Source: a bacterium (GTDB lineage: Bacteria; J088; JAWLBW01). From it: a stretch of DNA of 64,000 bases. The notes beneath the pieces are model-generated. The model was not told where the DNA came from. It saw only the letters and a program-made list of their open reading frames with translations, and did not search any database. Location of the stretch: the NCBI GenBank assembly GCA_041690355.1, contig JAWLHK010000006.1, positions 124,001 to 188,000 of the forward strand, read 5' to 3'. The position numbers and the translations under genes are program-made. How positions within the stretch are numbered: position 1 is the first letter of the stretch; each line of letters opens with the position of its first letter. This document shows, piece after piece, positions 1 through 9,294 of the stretch.

Positions 1-40
1 CGTCACCGACCGATCCGGTCCCAAGAACTCCGATTCTCAT
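1..40 (-). CDS. 5' end of an NAD(P)-binding oxidoreductase (Rossmann fold), runs off the window edge
   Basis: Reverse strand reads MRIGVLGTGSVGD (GxGxxG), preceded by a GGAGG RBS. Confidence 0.7.
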   Translation of the reverse strand, partial: MRIGVLGTGSVGD

Positions 41-174
41 GCGCATCCTCCCGTTCTGTTGTAGCCGGAACCTGCGTCCCGGAATGACAGCGTACTGCGG
101 GGAGAGGGGCTTCGGCAACCGGAAGGGGGCACAGTTGCACGTTCTGTTGCACGGCACGGAACCCTCTGATATAG

Positions 175-196
175 TATTCTTAAAAACATAGGAATA
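175..196. promoter_or_regulatory. AT-rich imperfect inverted repeat, probable ArsR operator
   Basis: TATTCTTA-AAAACA-TAGGAATA directly upstream of the ArsR gene. Confidence 0.5.
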
Positions 197-204
197 TAAG
201 AATT

Positions 205-897
205 ATGCTTGGTGCAGTTACAACACGTCAGGTGAAGGACGCCCTGTACGCGGAATTCGCGGCGGTCGGTAAGGCCATGGCGAATCCGAAACGGTTCGAA
301 CTGCTCGACCTGTTGAGCCAGGGTCCGCGCACCGTCGAGCGTCTCGGCGAGGCGGCTTCGCTCTCCGTCGGCAATGCCTCGCATCACCTGCAGGCCCTCA
401 AGGAGGCGCGCCTGGTGGAATCGTCCAAGAATGGCCTTTTTGTGACCTATCGCCTTGCCGAAGGGGTCGAGGGACTATTGGCGGTGATCCGCAGCCTGGC
501 CGAGGCGCATCGGGCCGAGGTCGACCGGATCTATCGCGCACATTTCGAGCCCGGCGCGCCCCTCGAGGCGCTCGGCCGCGACGCGCTGCTCAAGCGGGTG
601 CGACGCGGCGAGGCCGTCGTCATCGACGTGCGGCCATCTGAAGAGTACGAGGCGGGGCACCTTGCGGGCGCCGTCTCGGTTCCGCTCGAGAAGCTCGAGC
701 GCTGGATCAAGACCGTTCCGCGTGACCGGGCGGTGGTCGCCTACTGTCGCGGGCGCTACTGCGTCATGGCCGGCAAGGCGGTCGAGGCACTGCGCGCCCG
801 GGGGTTCGAGGCCGTGCGGCTCGAAGAAGGGGTCCACGAGTTCCGCACGCGCGGGCTTCCCGTGGTCTCGGCCATGGACGAGGAGGTGTGCGCATGA
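205..897 (+). CDS. ArsR/SmtB-family regulator with C-terminal rhodanese domain
   Basis: KAMANPKRFELLDLL...SHHLQALKEARLV winged HTH; IDVRPSEEYEAGHLAGA and YCRGRYC rhodanese motifs. Confidence 0.92.
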   Translation: MLGAVTTRQVKDALYAEFAAVGKAMANPKRFELLDLLSQGPRTVERLGEAASLSVGNASHHLQALKEARLVESSKNGLFVTYRLAEGVEGLLAVIRSLAEAHRAEVDRIYRAHFEPGAPLEALGRDALLKRVRRGEAVVIDVRPSEEYEAGHLAGAVSVPLEKLERWIKTVPRDRAVVAYCRGRYCVMAGKAVEALRARGFEAVRLEEGVHEFRTRGLPVVSAMDEEVCA

Positions 898-2471
898 GCC
901 CGCATCGTCCCGTGCTCGGCCTGCGTGAGAATTGGCGCCAGTTTGCGCTGCTCGTGCTCGTCAACGGCTTCGTCGGCGCCATGGTCGGACTCGAGCGCAC
1001 CATTCTGCCGACGATTGCGGAGCAGGAGTTCGACATCGCGGCCAAAAGCGCGATTCTCTCGTTCATCGCCGTGTTCGGCGTCTCGAAGGCCATCACGAAC
1101 TATCTGGCGGGGCGCTTTTCCGATCGCCTGGGGCGCAAGCCGGTGCTCCTGTTCGGCTGGCTCGCCGCCATCCCCGTTCCGTTCCTGCTCATGTGGGCGC
1201 CCTCCTGGGAGTGGATTACCTTCGCCAACGTCTTTCTGGGTATCAGCCAGGGGCTCACCTGGTCGACGACGGTCATCATGAAGATCGACCTCGTCGGGCC
1301 GCAGCGGCGCGGCCTGGCCATGGGGCTCAACGAGTTCGCCGGATACTTCGCGGTCGCCGTCTCGGCGCTCGCGACGGGCTACATCGCTTCGACGTGGGGA
1401 CTGCGGCCCGAACCGTTCTATCTCGGCATCGTCTATGTCGCCTTCGGCGGTCTGCTCAGCTGGCTGGCGGTGCACGAGACCCACGGACACGCCCGGCTCG
1501 AAGCGAACACCCACGCGGCGACCGGCACGCACGTCGGACTTTCGCCGCGCGAAGTCTTTACGCGCACGTCGTTTACGGATCGCAATCTGTCTTCGGTCAG
1601 TCAGGCCGGCATGGTCAACAACCTCAATGATGGTATGGCGTGGGGGCTGTTTCCCATGCTCTACGCGGCTGCCGGACTCTCGCTCGAGCGTATCGGCCTG
1701 CTCGCGGCGCTCTATCCGGCCGTCTGGGGGCTCTCGCAGCTGTTCACCGGCGCGCTTTCGGATCGGCTGGGCCGCAAGGGGCTCATTGTGGGGGGCATGT
1801 GGCTGCAGGCGGCCGGCATCGTTCTCATCGGGGCGGGGAACGGATTCCAGCTGTTCGCAGCGGGATCGGTTCTTCTCGGTCTGGGGACCGCCATGGTCTA
1901 CCCGACGCTGCTCGCGGCTATCGGTGACGTCGCGCATCCGGCCTGGCGCGCCTCTTCGGTCGGGGTGTACCGCCTGTGGCGCGATCTGGGATACGCGTTC
2001 GGCGCGCTCATCGCCGGCTTCACGGCCGACGCGCTGGGGCTGCACGCGGCCATCTGGGTCGTCGCCGCCCTGACCTTCGCTTCGGGAGTGATCGCCGCCG
2101 TGCGCATGCGCGAGACGCTGCATCGTCCGGTGGAGAACGTTCTCGAACAGGAGGGGCCGCCGTGCGTTTCCGTGCGGGACGTCCGCGAACGTCGCGCGCG
2201 CGGTGAGGAAATTCAGCTGGTCGACGTGCGCTCGCCCGAGGAGTTCGCGACCGGTCATGCCGAAGGCGCGATCAACATTCCCGTCGATGAACTGGGGGAT
2301 CGTCTGCTCGAACTGCCGCGGACCGGTCCCATTGTCACCCTCTGCGGCAAAGGGGGCGGACGTTCCGATCGCGCGGCTCTGCTGCTCATCGACGCGGGGT
2401 GGACCGACACCCGTCCGTTGTGCGGTGGAACACAGGCGTGGCTGGCGGAGAACACGGGAGGGAACGCATGA
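894..2471 (+). CDS. MFS transporter with C-terminal rhodanese domain
   Basis: GRFSDRLGRK and GALSDRLGRK MFS motif A, many hydrophobic segments; VDVRSPEEFATGHAEGAINIP...LCGKGGGRS; ATGA overlap with the upstream gene. Confidence 0.9.
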   Translation: MSPHRPVLGLRENWRQFALLVLVNGFVGAMVGLERTILPTIAEQEFDIAAKSAILSFIAVFGVSKAITNYLAGRFSDRLGRKPVLLFGWLAAIPVPFLLMWAPSWEWITFANVFLGISQGLTWSTTVIMKIDLVGPQRRGLAMGLNEFAGYFAVAVSALATGYIASTWGLRPEPFYLGIVYVAFGGLLSWLAVHETHGHARLEANTHAATGTHVGLSPREVFTRTSFTDRNLSSVSQAGMVNNLNDGMAWGLFPMLYAAAGLSLERIGLLAALYPAVWGLSQLFTGALSDRLGRKGLIVGGMWLQAAGIVLIGAGNGFQLFAAGSVLLGLGTAMVYPTLLAAIGDVAHPAWRASSVGVYRLWRDLGYAFGALIAGFTADALGLHAAIWVVAALTFASGVIAAVRMRETLHRPVENVLEQEGPPCVSVRDVRERRARGEEIQLVDVRSPEEFATGHAEGAINIPVDELGDRLLELPRTGPIVTLCGKGGGRSDRAALLLIDAGWTDTRPLCGGTQAWLAENTGGNA

Positions 2472-2818
2472 AAACTCTGATCATCCTCAACGATCCGCCC
2501 TATGGCACCGAGCGCAGCTACAACGGCTTCCGGCTCGCCCACGCCCTCGCAAAACAGGGTGAGGCGCAGATTCGAATCTTCCTCATGGGCGATGCCGCCG
2601 CCTGCGCGAAAGCCGGGCAGAAGGTTCCCCAGGGATATTACTGCATGTCGAGTATGGTCAAGCGGGCCCTGCACGACGGCGCCGAAATCGGCATCTGCGG
2701 CAGCTGTCTCGATGCCCGGGGGATCGCCGAATCGGAGCTGGTCGAGGGTACGCATCGCAGCAACATGGATCAGCTCGCCGAGTGGACTGCCGACGCAGAC
2801 AAAGTTCTCGTCTTCTGA
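2468..2818 (+). CDS. DsrE/YchN-family sulfur relay protein
   Basis: MKTLIILNDPPYGTERSYNG...FLMGDAA...CGSCLDARG...ADKVLVF. Confidence 0.88.
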   Translation: MKTLIILNDPPYGTERSYNGFRLAHALAKQGEAQIRIFLMGDAAACAKAGQKVPQGYYCMSSMVKRALHDGAEIGICGSCLDARGIAESELVEGTHRSNMDQLAEWTADADKVLVF

Positions 2819-2830
2819 AGGGAGCCAATC

Positions 2831-3973
2831 GTGAATCCGATTTACCTCGATTACAATGCCACGACTCCGGTTGCGCCCGAGGTGGTCGACGCCATGCTCC
2901 CCTTTCTTCGTGATTTCTGGGGGAACCCCTCGAGCGCGCATGCGTATGGACGACAGGCGCGCAGGGCGGTGGATGCGGCCCGGGAGCAGGTGGCCGGCCT
3001 CGTCGGCGCAACCCCCGCGGAGATCGTGTTTACGAGCGGCGGCACCGAGGCGAACAACATGGCGCTGCGGGGCGTGCTGCGCGGCAATCCCCGGCGCAAG
3101 CTTGTGATCTCGGCGGTCGAGCACCCCGCCGTCGGAGACGTCGCCGACTTTCTTGCGCGCGAACATGGGGTCGAGGTCAGCGTGCTCCCGGTCGATGCGC
3201 GCGGTGTCGTCGAGCTGCAGGCCGCGCGCGAACAGATTGACGATCGGACCGCGCTCGTGAGCGTCATGCACGCGAACAATGAGGTGGGCACGCTGCAGCC
3301 GATTGCCGAGTTGGCGGCGTTGGCCCACGCCCGCGGCGCCCTGATGCATACCGACGCGGCCCAGAGCGCCGGCAAGGTGCCGGTACGGGCCGATGCGCTT
3401 GACGTCGATCTCCTCTCGCTGGCCGGGCACAAGTTCTATGGCCCCAAAGGGGTTGGCGCGCTGTATATCCGCCGTGGCCTCGACATGCCCCCGCTGATGA
3501 TCGGCGCCGGGCACGAGGGCGGCCGGCGCGCGGGCACCGAGAATGTGCCGTACCTGGTGGCGCTGGGCGAAGCCGCGCGGCTGGTGGTCGAGCAACTTGC
3601 CACGGATGAGACGCGGATGCGGACGTTGCGCGATCGGTTCGAGGAGGAGCTTCGCCGGCGTGTTCCGCAGGTGGTCGTCAATGGCGCCGAGGCCCAACGG
3701 CTGCCCAACACGGCCCACCTCTCGTTTCCCGGCTTCTCGGGGGCCGCGCTTCTCGAGCGCCTTCCCGGGCTCGCCGCCAGCACGGGGTCGGCCTGCAAGG
3801 CGGGTACCGACGAGCCATCGGGAATCCTGGCCGCCATGGGCGCGGATCCGCAGCTTGCGCGCGGCGCGGTCCGCTTCTCGCTCGGGCGCTATACGATCCC
3901 CGACGATGTCGATCGCGCGATTGGACTGATCGCCGGTGCGGTCCTGCACTCCCCGGGAGGCATCGTTCGCTGA
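2831..3973 (+). CDS. Cysteine desulfurase (IscS/NifS-type PLP enzyme)
   Basis: IYLDYNATTP, GNPSS, FTSGGTEANN, HTDAAQ, GHKFYGPKG, TGSAC. Confidence 0.92.
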   Translation: MNPIYLDYNATTPVAPEVVDAMLPFLRDFWGNPSSAHAYGRQARRAVDAAREQVAGLVGATPAEIVFTSGGTEANNMALRGVLRGNPRRKLVISAVEHPAVGDVADFLAREHGVEVSVLPVDARGVVELQAAREQIDDRTALVSVMHANNEVGTLQPIAELAALAHARGALMHTDAAQSAGKVPVRADALDVDLLSLAGHKFYGPKGVGALYIRRGLDMPPLMIGAGHEGGRRAGTENVPYLVALGEAARLVVEQLATDETRMRTLRDRFEEELRRRVPQVVVNGAEAQRLPNTAHLSFPGFSGAALLERLPGLAASTGSACKAGTDEPSGILAAMGADPQLARGAVRFSLGRYTIPDDVDRAIGLIAGAVLHSPGGIVR

Positions 3974-4008
3974 CATCGCGACGGAAGGCGGCGTCGCGCT
4001 CCGTGAGC

Positions 4009-4800
4009 TCAGGTGACCTTGTAGTTCCGGATCATCCGCGAGACGAGGCTGGGGAAGAAGCGCTTGATGTAGATCGAGAGCACTTCCTTGCCGCCCGGGA
4101 AGGTTTCGTCCTTCTTCTTGTAGACGGCGTCGAGCAGGATGTCGGCGCACTTCTCGGGAGACATGCCCGCCTGCTGACTTTCGCCCATGGCCTGGAACTC
4201 GGAACCGTCGCCCTTGAGGGCCGAGACGGTGATCGGCGTGTTGATGTAGCCGGGATAGGCGACGCAGACGTGAACCCCCTCGCGGTGCAGCTCGGCACGC
4301 AGGGAATCGAAATATCCCCGCAAGGCGTGCTTGGCCGCCGCATAGGACGTGCGGAATGGGGTGCCCACCATGCCGGCCACGCTCGAAACCACGAGGATGG
4401 TTCCCGAATGCCGCGCGATCATGTCGGGCATGACCGCCTTCGTCAGCGCGACCTGGGACAGCCAGTCGAGCTTCATGATCCGTTCGTCGACCTTGAGATC
4501 GGTATCCTTGGCGAGCGAGCGCTGGCTGATGCCGGCATTGTTCACGAGAATGTCGATGCGCCCGTACTTCTCCTGCGCTGCCGCGGCTTTCGCAGGGATG
4601 CCGTCGATGTCTTCGAGATCGAGGGGCAGGACGAAGAGGCCGTCGCCGCCGCCGGCGGCCTGTTTGACGCGTTCGAGTTCCGCCTGTCGGCGGGCCGAGA
4701 GGATGACCTTGGCTCCTTCGTCGTGGAAGGCCTTGACGAGGGCTTCGCCGATACCCGACGACGCGCCGGTAATCCAGACGACCTGATCGCTGAAGCGCAT
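4009..4800 (-). CDS. Short-chain dehydrogenase/reductase
   Basis: TGASSGIG, NNAG, YAAAK motifs. Confidence 0.93.
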   Translation of the reverse strand: MRFSDQVVWITGASSGIGEALVKAFHDEGAKVILSARRQAELERVKQAAGGGDGLFVLPLDLEDIDGIPAKAAAAQEKYGRIDILVNNAGISQRSLAKDTDLKVDERIMKLDWLSQVALTKAVMPDMIARHSGTILVVSSVAGMVGTPFRTSYAAAKHALRGYFDSLRAELHREGVHVCVAYPGYINTPITVSALKGDGSEFQAMGESQQAGMSPEKCADILLDAVYKKKDETFPGGKEVLSIYIKRFFPSLVSRMIRNYKVT

Positions 4801-4956
4801 GAGAACTCCGAGAGGGCTCTGAGGGGAAAGCGGTAGTGTAGCTGGATCAGTCGGCAGTCTCCAGTCGTCAGTCGCCAGTCTTCAGGCAGCAAGGTACGCA
4901 AACGATACGGCGCACGTGACGCTGGCATCGAATGCTTATGACTGGTGACTGCTGAC

Positions 4957-5472
4957 TCACGACTGCGGCGGCGCCGCCGCTTGCGCCACGGGCACAAAGC
5001 GCCGCCGCTCGCGCTCGGGGTCATAGCCGAACCACCGCTCGAGCGTGCGCAGCAGGGCGCCCGGGTGCCGGAAGACGAATGACGGCGGGGGAGGCGGATC
5101 GTAGCGTTCGCAGCCGCTCACGTGCAGCTGCGGCTTGCCTTCGACCACCGAGGGAAAGGGCGGATACTCGCGGCAGACGCTCGGGCGTTGCGCATACGCG
5201 CCGCAGCGGCCGTCCGGCTGCAGCGAGGGGCACGGAAAGGGGACGGCGACTTCCCAGTTGCGCAACAGACGGTCGGGATGTTTCCGCGGAAACAGGGTGC
5301 GCACCTCCCACCCCAGGCGATGGCCGCGCATGAGGTAGAAGTGGATGTAGCCGAGATCCGCTTCCTGGGGCCGCTCGGCGTGCGGCGGCGTGGCGATCAG
5401 GAATTCGTGGCAGCACAGCGAGGGACGCCCTTCCGCAAGTCCGCACCCCGCGCAGGGATTCGTGGCGTCCAT
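4957..5472 (-). CDS. YkgJ-like cysteine-cluster (CxxC...CC) protein
   Basis: CAGC...LCC and CPSLQPDGRCGAYAQRPSVCREYP. Confidence 0.75.
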   Translation of the reverse strand: MDATNPCAGCGLAEGRPSLCCHEFLIATPPHAERPQEADLGYIHFYLMRGHRLGWEVRTLFPRKHPDRLLRNWEVAVPFPCPSLQPDGRCGAYAQRPSVCREYPPFPSVVEGKPQLHVSGCERYDPPPPPSFVFRHPGALLRTLERWFGYDPERERRRFVPVAQAAAPPQS

Positions 5473-5479
5473 GGCGGCG

Positions 5480-5623
5480 TCAGCGGTGGCGGCGCCAGAA
5501 GGTGCGTTTCCAGAACGACTCCTTCTCGCGCGTGAGGTCGCCTTTGTGCTCGTTGCCGAGCGCTTTCGTTTTGAAGCTGCTTTCGCGGGCCACCATGTTG
5601 CCCCAGCGGCGCTTGGTTGACAT
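5480..5623 (-). CDS. Small basic hypothetical protein (47 aa)
   Basis: ACAGGAG RBS before the ATG; same strand as both neighbours; K/R/W-rich. Confidence 0.55.
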   Translation of the reverse strand: MSTKRRWGNMVARESSFKTKALGNEHKGDLTREKESFWKRTFWRRHR

Positions 5624-5711
5624 CGTTACTCCTGTTCCGGGTTCCGCCCTCCATGCTGGCGGAACCGTGAGGCCGGAGCGACCGTGAGCGCCGGCAGGGC
5701 GGGCGGCAGAA

Positions 5712-7343
5712 TCAGGCATGCACGCCGGGGGCTTCCTGGCCGGTCTTCACCACATATTCTTCGTAGGAGCCGGGGTAGACCATCGGCTTGCCGTCGCCGG
5801 CCCCCGACAGCTCGAGCACGCGGCTGCCGAGCCCGCGCAGGAAGGTGCGATCATGCGAGACGAAGAGCATCGTGCCTTCGAAGTCCTTGAGCGCTTCGAC
5901 GAGCATCTCCTTGGTCTCGAGGTCGAGGTGGTTCGTCGGTTCGTCGAGGACGAGAAAGTTCGGCGGATCGTAGAGCATGCGGGCCATGGTCAGCCGCGAC
6001 TTCTCGCCGCCCGAAAGGGCGCGGATCGACTTGTCGACGTCGTCGCCGGAGAACTGGAAGGCGCCCAGCACATTGCGCAGCGCGCCGATGCCTGCCGTCG
6101 GAAAGTCCTTCTGCATCTGCTCGAAGACCGTCAGGTTCGGGTCGAGCAGATCGAGGGACTGCTGCGCGAAGTAGCCCATCTTGAGGCTCGCGCCCAGGCG
6201 CACGCTGCCCGCGTCGGGCTCGAGCGCGCCGGCGACCATCTTGAGGAGCGTGGATTTGCCGGTGCCGTTCTTGCCCATGACGCACCAGCGCTCGCCCCGG
6301 CGGATGTGGAACTTGAAATCGTCGTAGAGCACCTTCTTGCCGTAGGCCTTCGATACTCCATCGAGCATGGCCACGTCGTCGCCCGAGCGGCCCGGCGTGC
6401 GAAACTGCCATTTCACGACCACGCGCTTCTTCGGCGGTTCGATCCGTTCGATCTTGTCGAGGGCCTTCACGCGGCTCTGCACCTGGGCGGCCTTGGCGGC
6501 ATGGGCGGCGAAGCGTTCGATGAAGCGCTGTTCCTTGGCCAGCTTGGCCTGCTGACGGGCGTAGGCGGCCTCCTGATTCGCTTCACGCAGCAGGCGCTCG
6601 CGGCGGTAGAAGTCGTAGTCACCGGAATACGTGATGATGTCGCCGTCGTCGATCTCGATGATCTTCCCCACGATGCGGTTCATGAAATCCTTGTCGTGCG
6701 ATGTCATGAGCAGGGTCGAGGGGAGGGACTTCAGGTAATTCTCGAGCCAGAGAATCGATTCGATGTCGAGGTGGTTCGTCGGTTCGTCCATGAGCAGGAC
6801 GTCGAAGTTCCCCAGGAGGACCTTCGCCATCGAGACACGCATCTTCCACCCGCCTGAAAGCGCGCCGACGTCGCCGTCGATCTGCTCAGGTTCGAAGCCG
6901 AGCCCCTCCAGACAGGCGCGCGCGCGGGCTTCGAGTTCGTATCCGCCGCCGTTCTGGTATTCCTCCTGCAGGGGACCGTACTTTTCGAGAATCTGCTCCA
7001 TCCGGTCGGCCTGTTCGGGGTCGGCCATGGCCGCCTCGAGGTCCTTGATCGTATGGTGGAGTTCTCCCAGGCGGCCGCTGCCGGCGATGGCCTCGTCGAG
7101 CACCGAGCGGCCGCGCATCTCGTCGACTTCCTGGCGGAAGCAGCCGATCGTGAGCTTCTTCGGGAGCGTCACGTTACCCTCGTCGGCGGCCTCTTCGCCC
7201 ATGATCATGCGGAAGAGGGTCGACTTGCCGGCGCCGTTGGGACCGACGAGCCCGGCCTTTTCTCCGGGGTTGAGCTGGAAGGAGGCCTCGACGAACAGAA
7301 CCTGTTTGCCGTACTGCTTGCTGACGTTGGCGAAAGCGATCAT
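5712..7343 (-). CDS. ABC-F family ATPase
   Basis: Two ABC domains (GPNGAGKST/LSGGW/DEPTNHLD and GKNGTGKST/LSGGE/DEPTNHLD) with a linker and no TM segments. Confidence 0.95.
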   Translation of the reverse strand: MIAFANVSKQYGKQVLFVEASFQLNPGEKAGLVGPNGAGKSTLFRMIMGEEAADEGNVTLPKKLTIGCFRQEVDEMRGRSVLDEAIAGSGRLGELHHTIKDLEAAMADPEQADRMEQILEKYGPLQEEYQNGGGYELEARARACLEGLGFEPEQIDGDVGALSGGWKMRVSMAKVLLGNFDVLLMDEPTNHLDIESILWLENYLKSLPSTLLMTSHDKDFMNRIVGKIIEIDDGDIITYSGDYDFYRRERLLREANQEAAYARQQAKLAKEQRFIERFAAHAAKAAQVQSRVKALDKIERIEPPKKRVVVKWQFRTPGRSGDDVAMLDGVSKAYGKKVLYDDFKFHIRRGERWCVMGKNGTGKSTLLKMVAGALEPDAGSVRLGASLKMGYFAQQSLDLLDPNLTVFEQMQKDFPTAGIGALRNVLGAFQFSGDDVDKSIRALSGGEKSRLTMARMLYDPPNFLVLDEPTNHLDLETKEMLVEALKDFEGTMLFVSHDRTFLRGLGSRVLELSGAGDGKPMVYPGSYEEYVVKTGQEAPGVHA

Positions 7344-7403
7344 GTTTCGTGGGTTCGCAAAAGGGTACAGGGTGCCAGTTTTGGTGCCCAGGTGCCACAC
7401 GCA

Positions 7404-7572
7404 GTGACGAGTGACGAGTTACGAGTGACGAATCCGGAGAATTTACGATTGACGATTGACGATTGACGATTGACGATTTGCCGGAAAGGACCAGATTCCT
7501 TACTTCCATTGGCGCTCAGCGCTTGGCGCTCGGCGCTTGGCGCTCGGCGCTTCGCGCTCGGCGCTTCGCGCT
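7404..7572. repeat. Heptamer tandem repeats (GTGACGA)n, (GACGATT)n, (GGCGCTY)n
   Basis: Directly visible in the sequence. Confidence 0.9.
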
Positions 7573-7590
7573 GTTGCGGAGGGCGGCTGA

Positions 7591-7619
7591 TTGCGTTCAG
7601 TGAACATGTTCAGTATAAT
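7591..7619 (+). promoter_or_regulatory. Sigma70-type promoter with an internal TetR operator palindrome
   Basis: TTGCGT-N17-TATAAT; perfect palindrome TGAACATGTTCA at 7601-7612. Confidence 0.75.
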
Positions 7620-7625
7620 CAGCGC

Positions 7626-8246
7626 ATGCTCACCACGCGCACCGAACAGAAAGAGCAGACCCGGTTGCGGATTCTCGAGGTCGCTCGAGACATCTTCGAG
7701 CAGCAAGGCTACGAGTCCGCGAGCATCCGTGACATCGCGCAAGCGGCGGGCGTGGCGACGGGGACGATCTTCGTGCACTTCAAGGACAAACGCGACCTGC
7801 TGCACGCAACGCTCTTTGATGACCTGCAGGCGACACTGCGCGACGTGCTCGCGGCGCCGCCCGGGCGATCACTGGAGGCCTGGCTCGAACGGCTGCTCGA
7901 CCGCGTGCTCGCGTACTACGAGCGGCGCCCGGCGCTCAGTCGGGTCCTGCTGCGGGAATCCGTGATCGCCGATCCCCCGTGGGCCGAAAGGTTCGCGCGG
8001 CAGACCGCGGAACTGCATGCGGGAATCCTGGCACGCACGCAGCTTGCGATGGAGCGTGGCGAGTTCCGCACGGATCTGAATGCGCCTCTGTTCGCTGTTG
8101 CGTGGATCTCCTTCTACATGTTCGGTCTGATGGCCTGGGCGCAGGGGAGCCACCCCGATCCGCGCGGCCTCGTGTCCCGCATGACCGAACAGCACCTTTC
8201 ACCCTGGCGCGCTTCTGCACGGCAGAAGGCACGGAGTCGACGATGA
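7626..8246 (+). CDS. TetR/AcrR-family regulator
   Basis: TRLRILEVARDIFEQQGYESASIRDIAQAAGVATGTIFVHFKDK. Confidence 0.93.
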   Translation: MLTTRTEQKEQTRLRILEVARDIFEQQGYESASIRDIAQAAGVATGTIFVHFKDKRDLLHATLFDDLQATLRDVLAAPPGRSLEAWLERLLDRVLAYYERRPALSRVLLRESVIADPPWAERFARQTAELHAGILARTQLAMERGEFRTDLNAPLFAVAWISFYMFGLMAWAQGSHPDPRGLVSRMTEQHLSPWRASARQKARSRR

Positions 8247-9139
8247 GTATCTTTCGCAGTCCCGAAGCGAAGGCCCGCCTGGTCACGTGGCATCACCGTT
8301 TCCGCGAGCGCATCGGGCGGCCGGTGGAGTCGCGCACGGTCTCCACGTCCTTCGGCGAGACGCACGTGCTCCTGTGCGGACCGGCGGAGGCACCGCCGCT
8401 CGTCATGCTGCATGGGGCGCTGGCGAGCTCGGCCCACCTGATGGGGGAATTGGCCGATCTCGCGGACCGGTTCCGCCTGATCGGCATTGATGTCATCGGC
8501 CAGTCGGTCATGAGCGCCGAGACGCGTCCTCCCGTGAACGGGAATGCCTACGGCGAGTGGGTGGTGGAGTGCCTGGATGCCCTCGGGCTCGACACGGTGA
8601 ACCTGCTCGGCGTGAGCTGGGGCGGCTTTGTGGCGACCCGTGCCGTCGTGGTCGCTCCGGAGCGCATCCGCGCGCTCACGCTGATTGTTCCGGCCGGTAT
8701 CGTGAACGGCCACGGCCTCACGCCGCTGCTGAAAGTCGCGCTGCCGCTCGCCCTGTACCGGCGCAAGCCGACCCCGGAGCGGCTCGCCAGATTTCTCCGC
8801 TACCAGCTTTCCTCGGGGGATGCAGACTGGGCAGGTTTCATGGGCGACGTGCTGCTGGACATCAGTCTGGATTTCCGCTTGCCGCGGCTGCTGCGTCCCG
8901 AGGACGTCGCCGGCTTCACGGCCCCCGTGCAGATCTTTGCCGCCGAGCATGACCTGAGTTTCCCGGGCCGACGGCTTCTCAAGCGCGCCGCGGCTCTTTT
9001 CCCCAACCTGGTTCACACCGAACTGATGGCCGGCAGCATGCACTCGCCGCCGACCGATCCCGAATCTCGCAAGGCGCTCGCCGCGAAGATCGCAGCGTTC
9101 CTGAAAGCGGATACCGACCAGCTTCGCCTGCAGGCATAA
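8243..9139 (+). CDS. Alpha/beta hydrolase
   Basis: LHGA and GVSWGG nucleophile elbow; ATGA coupling to tetR. Confidence 0.88.
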   Translation: MSIFRSPEAKARLVTWHHRFRERIGRPVESRTVSTSFGETHVLLCGPAEAPPLVMLHGALASSAHLMGELADLADRFRLIGIDVIGQSVMSAETRPPVNGNAYGEWVVECLDALGLDTVNLLGVSWGGFVATRAVVVAPERIRALTLIVPAGIVNGHGLTPLLKVALPLALYRRKPTPERLARFLRYQLSSGDADWAGFMGDVLLDISLDFRLPRLLRPEDVAGFTAPVQIFAAEHDLSFPGRRLLKRAAALFPNLVHTELMAGSMHSPPTDPESRKALAAKIAAFLKADTDQLRLQA

Positions 9140-9294
9140 TCTCTCTCTCTCATTACTGGCGCGAAAAGCAACCGGATTGGAAGTAGTCTGCCAATATTGT
9201 CCTCTATGTGGCGCAATAAATCGCAAGTAGTGGCGCAAAACAAGGAAATGTGAAGTGTAGTGACGCGATGATTGGGTTTGTGCCATAATAGGGT

